In this document: in pieces, positions 56,194 to 64,000 of the stretch
How positions within the stretch are numbered: position 1 is the stretch's first letter
Layout: each line of letters starts with the position of its first letter
Assembly (NCBI GenBank): GCA_001899285.1
Contig: MKWA01000003.1
Span: 173,493 to 237,492 of the forward strand
DNA length: 64,000 nt
From: Rhizobiales bacterium 64-17
Lineage (GTDB): Bacteria > Pseudomonadota > Alphaproteobacteria > Rhizobiales > Xanthobacteraceae
Direction: 5' to 3'
Made by a program: the position numbers and the translations under genes
The notes under the pieces: generated by a model
Seen by the model: only the letters and a program-made list of their open reading frames with translations
Told to the model about the DNA's origin: nothing
Databases searched by the model: none

Positions 56194-56931
56194 ATGGCGG
56201 TGCTTCCATCTCCCGAGGCCGGGACGACGGCGACCATCCTGGCCGGTGTCCGGCAGGCGTGGTCGTCGGTCTTCGTCTACGTCCTGATCGGTACCTATGT
56301 CGGCGTCGGGGCGCTGGCGCACGATTTCGGCTTCTCCTTCGTCTGGCTGGCTCTGTCGACCCTGATCGTCTGGGCGGCGCCGGCGCAGGTCATCCTGATC
56401 AGCCTGCTGGCGACCGGCGCGGCGATGATCGAGATCGCGGTCGCGGTGACGCTCACGGCGGTACGGCTGCTGCCGATGGTCGTCTCGCTGCTGCCGCTGA
56501 TGCGCACGCGGGAGACGCCGACCTGGCGGCTGCTGCTGCCGACGCATTTCACCGCCATCAGCATGTGGGTCGAGTGCCTGCGGCTGCTGCCGTCGATCCC
56601 GCCGGCGCAGCGCATCGCCTATGCCAACGGCATGTCGTTCGGCCTGATCGCCGCCGCGCAGATCGGCGGGTTCGTCGGGTTCTATCTGGCGGCCCGGCTG
56701 CCGGCGGTGCTGGCCGCGGCGCTGCTGTTCATCACGCCGATGTCGTTCCTGATCTCGGTGTTGCGCAACAGCCGCGAGACGTTCGAGAAGCTGGCGTTCG
56801 TGCTCGGGCTCGTGATCGGACCAGTGCTGGCTTATTCAGCGGTCAATCTCGATCTGATGTGGACCGGCCTGATCGGCGGCCTGCTGGCCTATGGCTTCCA
56901 CCGGCTGCAGCGCGCGAGGCAGGCGTCATGA
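56194..56931 (+). CDS. azlC: AzlC-family branched-chain amino acid exporter subunit
   Basis: Multi-TM protein with AzlC-like sequence: WAAPAQVILISLLATGAAMIEIAVAVTLTAVRLLPM. The start is taken at ATG 56194. Confidence 0.75.
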   Translation: MAVLPSPEAGTTATILAGVRQAWSSVFVYVLIGTYVGVGALAHDFGFSFVWLALSTLIVWAAPAQVILISLLATGAAMIEIAVAVTLTAVRLLPMVVSLLPLMRTRETPTWRLLLPTHFTAISMWVECLRLLPSIPPAQRIAYANGMSFGLIAAAQIGGFVGFYLAARLPAVLAAALLFITPMSFLISVLRNSRETFEKLAFVLGLVIGPVLAYSAVNLDLMWTGLIGGLLAYGFHRLQRARQAS

Positions 56932-57266
56932 CCTGGGCGGAGCTTGCTCCCTATCTCGCGCTGGTGGTGGTCGGCTTCCTTCCCAACGAAGTGTGGCGGA
57001 TGCTCGGCCTCGTCGTGGTTCGGGGCTTGCGCGACGATTCGGAACTGATCCTGCTGGCGCGCGCGATCGCGACCGCCATCCTCGCCGGCGTCGTCGCCAA
57101 GCTGATCTTCTTTTCCACCGGGGCGCTGGCGGCGATCCCGGTCTGGATCCGGGTCGGTGCCGCGCTCGGCGGGTTTTTTGCGTTTATCGCGATCCGGCGT
57201 TCGATGCTGGCCGGCGTGCTGGTCGGCGAGGGGCTATTGATCCTCGGCGGGCTCTATTTTCACTAG
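56928..57266 (+). CDS. azlD: AzlD-domain membrane protein
   Basis: The ATG overlaps the azlC stop (ATGA). 112 aa, hydrophobic, and a typical AzlC partner. Confidence 0.7.
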   Translation: MTWAELAPYLALVVVGFLPNEVWRMLGLVVVRGLRDDSELILLARAIATAILAGVVAKLIFFSTGALAAIPVWIRVGAALGGFFAFIAIRRSMLAGVLVGEGLLILGGLYFH

Positions 57267-57313
57267 CGGATGCAGCCCTCGACGGAAGGCATGCCGCTTC
57301 CCATATATGCGTC

Positions 57314-57553
57314 ATGACCAAGATCCCGCATGACGTGGCGATCCGCAGCCGGGAGGCGCTCGACCGGCGCAAGACCGTCCGCGCGTTCACGCGTGAGACC
57401 TTCTCGCTGCCGCGACAGGAAGCCCGCGCCAAGGCGCGGGACATCCTCAAGCGTTATCCGGTCGCCGGCTACGGCACCGTGATCGAAAGCTGGGCGGTGC
57501 GGCCGGGTGACGTCATCGAGTTCACGATCCGGCGGCTGCCGACCGCGGACTGA
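57314..57553 (+). CDS. small hypothetical protein (79 aa)
   Basis: ATG-started ORF with non-repetitive, protein-like composition: MTKIPHDVAIRSREALDRRKTV...VIEFTIRRLPTAD. I recognise no motif. Confidence 0.45.
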   Translation: MTKIPHDVAIRSREALDRRKTVRAFTRETFSLPRQEARAKARDILKRYPVAGYGTVIESWAVRPGDVIEFTIRRLPTAD

Positions 57554-57560
57554 GGCGAGC

Positions 57561-57983
57561 CTAGCGCAGCGCGGCTGCAAGCTTGGCCGCCTGTGCTGCC
57601 AGCACCTCCGGCTTTTCCTTCTCGCTCGCCGGCGGCTTCATGGCGACGCCGGTCTTGCGCGGAATGATGTGGACGTGGAGGTGGAACACCACCTGTCCGC
57701 CGGCGCTTTCGTTGAACTGCTGGACCGTGATGCCGTCGGCTTCGAACACCGGCATGGCGGCCTTGGCGATCTTCTGGGCGGTGATATGAACGGCGGCGAG
57801 ATCGTCCGGCTTCACATCGAGCAGGTTGCGGGCCGGCGCTTTCGGCAGGATCAGGGTGTGACCCGGCGCGCGCGGCATGATGTCGAGGAAGGCGAGGGTT
57901 TTGTCGTCCTCGTAGACCTTGTGACAGGGCAGTTCGCCGCGCAGGATTTTTGCGAAGATATTGTTCTGGTCGTAGTCCGGCAT
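57561..57983 (-). CDS. HIT (histidine triad) family protein
   Basis: Histidine triad HLHVHIIP. 140 aa. Confidence 0.9.
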   Translation of the reverse strand: MPDYDQNNIFAKILRGELPCHKVYEDDKTLAFLDIMPRAPGHTLILPKAPARNLLDVKPDDLAAVHITAQKIAKAAMPVFEADGITVQQFNESAGGQVVFHLHVHIIPRKTGVAMKPPASEKEKPEVLAAQAAKLAAALR

Positions 57984-58004
57984 CGGCGTCAGTCCTCCTC
58001 GGCG

Positions 58005-59264
<1,260 letters not shown>

Positions 59265-59289
59265 CGATGGCAGGGACCGTGGCTCGGCT

Positions 59290-60033
59290 TTATGGCCGAA
59301 TTCCCTCGAAGATAGCCTGATCGGCATAGCGCCGGGCGCGGGTCAGGTCGGCATCGCTGCGCACCGTCCAGGTCAGCACCGGGAGGCCGATCAGCCGCGC
59401 CAGAGCGGTGGCGGGCGCGGGCAGGTCCTTCACCGAATAGGCGACGAACAGCGGCCGGCTCCACGGCGCGTGCAGGAGCAGGCCCAGCGCCAGCGAATAT
59501 CCGGGCGGCTTGCCCGGCGCCTCCTCGAAGTGTCGTTCGGCGACGATCCCGCGCAGCAGGGATGGGGCAAGCGTCCGCAGCGCGTGCACGAGCATCGGGT
59601 CGAACGACATGGCCGCAACCGGACCGGCATAGGAGGCCAGCACCGCGGCGGCCCGCTGTGCCACGCGCAGGTCGCCGTCGAACCGGCTTTTGAGCTCCAG
59701 CACCAGCGGCACGCGGCCGGCGACCAGATCGCACAAGTCGCCGAGCGTCATCATCCGGTCGGCGGTGGCCTTGAAAGGGATGGACTTCAGCGCGGCCGCG
59801 GTCTGCGACGCGAGCGGCGCGGTGCCTTCGGTCAGACGCCCCAGGGCATCGTCGTGGAAGACCATCGCCTCGCCATCGGCGGTGATCTGCAGGTCGACCT
59901 CGATGCCGTAATTCGCGGTGACGGCGGCGCGCACGGCGGAAGGGGTATTCTCGATGATGCCGGCGGCGGCGTTGTGCAGACCGCGATGCGCGATCGGCCG
60001 CGCGGTCAGCCACGCCGGGGCGCTGCCGCGCAT
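59290..60033 (-). CDS. glycerophosphodiester phosphodiesterase family protein
   Basis: ATG 60033. GDPD signatures IAHRGLH and EVDLQIT. The upstream part of the track ORF crosses a repeat element and is rejected. Confidence 0.8.
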   Translation of the reverse strand: MRGSAPAWLTARPIAHRGLHNAAAGIIENTPSAVRAAVTANYGIEVDLQITADGEAMVFHDDALGRLTEGTAPLASQTAAALKSIPFKATADRMMTLGDLCDLVAGRVPLVLELKSRFDGDLRVAQRAAAVLASYAGPVAAMSFDPMLVHALRTLAPSLLRGIVAERHFEEAPGKPPGYSLALGLLLHAPWSRPLFVAYSVKDLPAPATALARLIGLPVLTWTVRSDADLTRARRYADQAIFEGIRP

Positions 60034-60088
60034 TGTCTCTGGAACGGGATGCGTTGAAATTGAATCACCCGTGGCCCGTTTTCCTTTT

Positions 60089-60137
60089 GGGCGTGATCTT
60101 TTCGGAAAACCGGTTTCCACTTTTCCGGATCACGCCC
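60089..60137 (-). repeat. structured intergenic repeat, copy B (10-bp arms around GGAAAA-N11-TTTTCC core, minus-strand orientation)
   Basis: The minus-strand reading is GGGCGTGATC-C-GGAAAA-GTGGAAACCGG-TTTTCC-GAAAA-GATCACGCCC. It starts at the RidA stop codon and is followed by an A-rich run. Confidence 0.55.
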
Positions 60138-60604
60138 TAGCCGACCTCGAAGAAGCCTTCGACCTCGACCGCGGCGTCGAGCGGCAACGCGGCGACACCG
60201 ATGGTGCTGCGGGCGTGACGCCCACGATCGGCGAACACTTCCACCATCAGATCGGACGCGCCGTTCATCACCTTTGCGCCGTCGGCGAAGCCGGCGGCGC
60301 TGTTGATGAAGCCGCCCAGCCGCACCACGCGCACGACCTTGTCGAGATCGCCGAGCGCCGCCTTGACGTGCGCGAGCAGATTGATCCCGCACAGGCGCGC
60401 GGCGCGTTGCCCGGCCTCGATCGACACTTCCGCGCCGAGGCGGCCCTTGGCGATCAGCTTGCCATCCTCGTCGGCGCAGATCTGGCCGGAGACGACGAGC
60501 ACCTGACCCGTCCGCACGAATGGCACATAGTTGGCAACCGGCGGGCGGGGTTCCGGCAGGGTGATGCCCAGTTCCGCCAAACGCTTCTCGACGACGCCCG
60601 CCAT
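60137..60604 (-). CDS. RidA/YjgF-family reactive intermediate deaminase-like protein
   Basis: 155 aa. The sequence is typical of the YjgF/RidA fold: ...RLGGFINSAAGFADGAKVMNGASDLMVEVFADRGRHARSTIGVAALPLDAAVEVE. Confidence 0.85.
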   Translation of the reverse strand: MAGVVEKRLAELGITLPEPRPPVANYVPFVRTGQVLVVSGQICADEDGKLIAKGRLGAEVSIEAGQRAARLCGINLLAHVKAALGDLDKVVRVVRLGGFINSAAGFADGAKVMNGASDLMVEVFADRGRHARSTIGVAALPLDAAVEVEGFFEVG

Positions 60605-60768
60605 AACCTTCTCCTCGTTCAGACACTGTTCGGTCACCGGTCCGGAACCGGACCATGGTTCTTCGCGCATCGCCGCCGCCGGCGCAAGCGCCCGATCGCG
60701 GGGCCGGTCCGGTTGCGGCTGCGTGTTCCGATGTCTATTTTCCGCGGGGGCGTTGTGGAGAATCGGCC

Positions 60769-61641
60769 TTGAACACGACCAGCCGCGCAGCGACGGCCAT
60801 TGCACTGTCTTTCGTGACTTCGATTGCTGTCCTGTCCGCATCCGCCGCGCCGACAACGCCCGGCACGCCGCCGAAGGATATCGATTTCGCTCCGCATCGC
60901 GCGGTCTATGACCTGCGGTTGCAGAAGACCCGCGGCAGCCGGCAACTTGAGGCGGTGCGGGGACGCATCCTCTACGATTTCTCCGGTAGCGCCTGTCAGG
61001 GCTATGCGTTGCAGTTTCGCCAGGTGTCGGAGCTGGATTCCGGCGAGGGCAAGAACGCGCTGACCGATCTGCGCACAACGACGTGGGAGGACGGCGAGGC
61101 GCGGGTGTTCCGCTTCAATTCCGAGAACCGGATGAACGACCGCACGGTGGAAACCGTGTCGGGGACCGCCGAGCGCAATGCCAAATCCGTGGACGTGACG
61201 TTGCGCAAGCCGAAATCCGGCACGTTCCATGTGCCGAAAACGGCTGTGTTTCCGACCGAACACATGCGGCGGATCGTGCAGGCCGCGCGCGCCGGGCAGA
61301 CGCTGCTCGAAGTGCCGGCCTATGACGGCTCCGAAACCGGCAAAAAACTTTACAACACGCTCACGGTGATCGGCCGGGAAATCCCGCCGGACGCGAGCAA
61401 GCTCGACGACGCGAGCGGCAAACAGTCCGAACTCGCCACCATGCGCCGCTGGCCGGTGACGATCAGCTATTTCGATGCCGGAAAATCCGACCGGACCGGT
61501 GAACAGATACCGGTCTATACGCTGCAGTTCGAGCTGTTCGACAACGGCATCTCGCGCGCGCTGGTGCTCGACTATCAGGATTTCGTCATCGCCGGCGAAT
61601 TGACGTCGCTCGATCTGCGCAAGGAAAAGCCCTGCAAGTAG
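60769..61641 (+). CDS. eipB: DUF1849 / EipB-like periplasmic cell-envelope integrity protein
   Basis: TTG 60769 with GGAGA 7 nt upstream and a signal peptide, NTTSRAATAIALSFVTSIAVLSASA. The body (YDLRLQKTRG...GRILYDFSGSACQGYALQFRQV) resembles DUF1849. The start is uncertain. Confidence 0.65.
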   Translation: MNTTSRAATAIALSFVTSIAVLSASAAPTTPGTPPKDIDFAPHRAVYDLRLQKTRGSRQLEAVRGRILYDFSGSACQGYALQFRQVSELDSGEGKNALTDLRTTTWEDGEARVFRFNSENRMNDRTVETVSGTAERNAKSVDVTLRKPKSGTFHVPKTAVFPTEHMRRIVQAARAGQTLLEVPAYDGSETGKKLYNTLTVIGREIPPDASKLDDASGKQSELATMRRWPVTISYFDAGKSDRTGEQIPVYTLQFELFDNGISRALVLDYQDFVIAGELTSLDLRKEKPCK

Positions 61642-61644
61642 CGG

Positions 61645-62901
61645 TTATTCGTCGTCGAGCGACAGCCCCTTCACCACCGCGTTGCGGCCGAATTTGGCGC
61701 GCAGGCGATCGACCGCAAGCTCGGCGCCGGCGCTGCGCCGGTTGAGGAGGTCGGTGAGGTCGTCGCCCGCGGCTTCCGAAAGCTGGCTCAAGCCGATCCC
61801 GAGCAACCTGAACTTCGTGCCGGTGGTTTCGGCCTCGAGCAGGTCACGTCCGGCGGCAAAGATGAGATTCGCCATCTGCGTCGGATGGCTCAGCGCGCGG
61901 GCGCGGGTACGGATCTTGAAGTCGGCGCTCTTGAGCTTGAGCGTCACCGTGGTGCCGGCCAATCCGTGCGCCTTCAGACGCGCCGAGACGCGCTCGCATT
62001 GCTGCCAGAGGATGCGCTCGAGCGGGCGGAAATCGTCGATGTCGCGGTCGAAGGTGGTTTCCGAGGATACGCTCTTGGTCTCCCGTTCCGGTTCGACCTT
62101 GCGATCATCGAGGCCGAAAGCGAGCCGCGACAGGCGCAGACCTTCCTCACCGTAGTGTCGCATCAGATCGGTGCGGTCGGTGCGTTGCAGATCGGCGATG
62201 GTTTTATAGCCGGCAGCCTGTAGCCGTTCCGCCGTGACCTTGCCGACGCCGTAGATGAAACCGACCGGCTTCGGTGCGAGGAACCCTGGCGCCTCGTCGG
62301 CGCTCAGCGCCGCGAAGCCGCGCGGCTTGTCGAGGTCTGACGCGATCTTCGCCAGAAACTTGTTCGGCGCGAGCCCGATCGACACGGTGATGCGGTGGCG
62401 CTGCTCCACCGCCTTGGCGAAACGCGCGAGCACCTTGGCGACGCTCAGGCCGTGCAGGCGCGCCGTGCCGGCGAGGTCGAGGAAAGCTTCGTCGATCGAC
62501 AGCGGCTCCACCTGCGGGGTGAGGTCCAGCATCATCTGCCGGATGTCGCGGCCGACGGCGACGTATTTCGCCATGTCCGGTTTGACGACGACGAGGTGCG
62601 GGCAGCGGCGCTTCGCCTCGAACATCGGCATCGCGGAGCGGATGCCGTAGGTGCGGGCGACATAGCAGGCGGCGGCGACCACGCCGCGCGTGCTGCCGCC
62701 GACCGCCACCGGCTTGTCCTTGAGGTCGGGATTGTCCCGCTTTTCGATGGTCGCGTAGAACGCATCGCAATCCACATGGGCGATGCTGAGGTCGTCGAGC
62801 GCCGCGTGGCGCAGGAGGCGCGGGGATTTGCAGGCGTGACAGCGCGCCGTTCCGTCCGGAACGTCGGTCAGGCAGTCGCGGCAAAATCCCGGCGTGGCCA
62901 T
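61645..62901 (-). CDS. dinB: DNA polymerase IV (Y-family) with N-terminal Cys-rich extension
   Basis: HVDCDAFYATIE, SIDEAFLDL and a little-finger region. 418 aa. Confidence 0.9.
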   Translation of the reverse strand: MATPGFCRDCLTDVPDGTARCHACKSPRLLRHAALDDLSIAHVDCDAFYATIEKRDNPDLKDKPVAVGGSTRGVVAAACYVARTYGIRSAMPMFEAKRRCPHLVVVKPDMAKYVAVGRDIRQMMLDLTPQVEPLSIDEAFLDLAGTARLHGLSVAKVLARFAKAVEQRHRITVSIGLAPNKFLAKIASDLDKPRGFAALSADEAPGFLAPKPVGFIYGVGKVTAERLQAAGYKTIADLQRTDRTDLMRHYGEEGLRLSRLAFGLDDRKVEPERETKSVSSETTFDRDIDDFRPLERILWQQCERVSARLKAHGLAGTTVTLKLKSADFKIRTRARALSHPTQMANLIFAAGRDLLEAETTGTKFRLLGIGLSQLSEAAGDDLTDLLNRRSAGAELAVDRLRAKFGRNAVVKGLSLDDE

Positions 62902-62911
62902 CGGTTGGTGC

Positions 62912-63259
62912 TCATGGCCAGTTGGTGTGGCTGGCGCCGCCGCCGAGCGCCTGAACCGCGATCATGATGGTTTCCGGAGGCAGGTCGGCGTGTTTGGCGA
63001 AGTCGACCAGCAGCGGCTCGTTTCCAGCCACATAATCGAGAACGCCGGCGAGGAATTGAGGGTCGCGGGCGGCATCCCGAATCGCAGCCGGCCCCATGCC
63101 GGTCGCGGCGAGGAAGCCGCCGAGTCGTTCGCCATCGCCGGCGATAAAGCTAAGGGCTTGAATTGCCACATGTTCTGCCGCCTCTCGGCCGCCGAGTGCA
63201 GGGGTTTTTCGGGGCAAATCTTTGCCTTTCCGTAACAGTTGGTGGCTACCGTGCATCAT
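62912..63259 (-). CDS. DUF3572 family protein
   Basis: [48 protein letters not shown] is characteristic of the family. The start is uncertain (63259, 63295 or TTG 63319). Confidence 0.65.
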   Translation of the reverse strand: MMHGSHQLLRKGKDLPRKTPALGGREAAEHVAIQALSFIAGDGERLGGFLAATGMGPAAIRDAARDPQFLAGVLDYVAGNEPLLVDFAKHADLPPETIMIAVQALGGGASHTNWP

Positions 63260-63336
63260 GCCCGATTGGACGATGTCAGGCGACGGGGCCGGCATTTTGT
63301 GACCGCACAAGGGCGACAAGAACGAGGGGCCGGGGG

Positions 63337-63708
63337 ATGGCCAAGACGGTCCTGATCGTCGAGGACAACGAACTGAACATGAAGCTCTTCCATGATCTCT
63401 TGGAAGCGCATGGCTATCACACGGTCGGTACCCGCAACGGGATCGAGGCGCTGTCGCTGGCGCGCGAGCACAAGCCGAACCTGATCCTGATGGATATCCA
63501 GTTGCCGGAAGTCTCCGGCCTCGAAGTCACCAAGTGGCTCAAGGACGACGCCGAGCTCAAGCATATTCCGGTGATCGCCGTCACCGCCTTCGCGATGAAG
63601 GGCGACGAAGAGCGCATCCGCCAGGGCGGGTGCGAAGCCTATCTGTCGAAGCCGATCTCGGTCGGCAAATTCATTGAAACCGTTCGCCAATTCCTCGGTA
63701 ATGCGTGA
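63337..63708 (+). CDS. divK: single-domain response regulator DivK
   Basis: REC domain only: [14 protein letters not shown], phospho-acceptor context [13 protein letters not shown] and KPISV. It is followed by pleD. Confidence 0.9.
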   Translation: MAKTVLIVEDNELNMKLFHDLLEAHGYHTVGTRNGIEALSLAREHKPNLILMDIQLPEVSGLEVTKWLKDDAELKHIPVIAVTAFAMKGDEERIRQGGCEAYLSKPISVGKFIETVRQFLGNA

Positions 63709-63714
63709 CCAGTC

Positions 63715-64000
63715 ATGACCGCCCGTATTCTCGTCGTCGATGATATTCCCGCCAATGTGAAACTGCTCGAAGCACGGCTGTCGGCCGAATATTTCGACGT
63801 GATGACGGCGATGAACGGTCACGACGCGCTGGCGATCTGCGAGCGCGCCGAATGCGACATGGTGCTGCTCGACGTGATGATGCCGGATATGGACGGCTTC
63901 GAGGTCTGCCGGCGGCTCAAGAGCAATCCGAAGACCCATCATATTCCAGTGGTGATGGTTACGGCGCTCGATCAGGCGTCAGACCGCGTGCGGGGGCTCG
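63715..64000 (+). CDS. pleD: response regulator PleD, N-terminal fragment (3' end outside window)
   Basis: MTARILVVDDIPANVKLLEARL...MVLLDVMMPDMDGFEVCRRLK. The classical divK-pleD arrangement is present. The frame is open to the window edge. Confidence 0.85.
   Translation, partial: MTARILVVDDIPANVKLLEARLSAEYFDVMTAMNGHDALAICERAECDMVLLDVMMPDMDGFEVCRRLKSNPKTHHIPVVMVTALDQASDRVRGL

Overview
This is a high-GC (roughly two-thirds G+C by eye) chromosomal segment. It looks like core genome of a Nitrobacteraceae/Bradyrhizobiaceae-type alphaproteobacterium (Rhodopseudomonas/Bradyrhizobium/Afipia-like). That placement is inferred from gene content, an Irr-type ICE box and REP-like hairpins; it is not proven. 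I support about 62 protein genes. They include: (1) an iron-sulfur cluster operon, nifS/iscS-like-sufB-[small ORF]-sufC-sufD-sufS-sufT-sufA; (2) a complete thiosulfate-oxidation (Sox) locus with soxR-soxS-like, soxW, a Tat-exported DsrE-like protein, soxA-soxX divergent from soxY-soxZ-soxB-soxC-soxD; (3) housekeeping genes (parE, argC, hom, glpX, recJ, panC, mipZ, clpS-clpA, dinB, divK-pleD, rhlE-like helicase); (4) PHA genes (phaC, a phasin); and (5) three orphan Bug/TctC binding proteins, pobA, a large porin and an orphan TadG-like VWA protein. I recognised no tRNA, rRNA, CRISPR array, transposase, integrase, phage gene or known defence genes. I do not see an obvious multi-gene novel system. 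The most interesting observations are small-scale. First, a ~45% GC, 102-aa ORF sits between sufB and sufC, with stop/start overlaps at both ends. Second, a near-consensus promoter is followed by a leaderless-looking Arg-rich mini-ORF (SRRRRA) upstream of argC. Third, a structured 3'-end repeat occurs twice with a conserved core and fully different but complementary arms. Fourth, the Sox locus contains an unknown periplasmic protein and a Tat-DsrE-like protein, and I found no SoxV/CcdA-like membrane protein in the window. Fifth, a cytoplasmic VWA protein is paired with a membrane J-domain protein. Sixth, one porin appears to be a fusion of two beta-barrel domains. All family assignments come from reading motifs in the translations. 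No database search was run.
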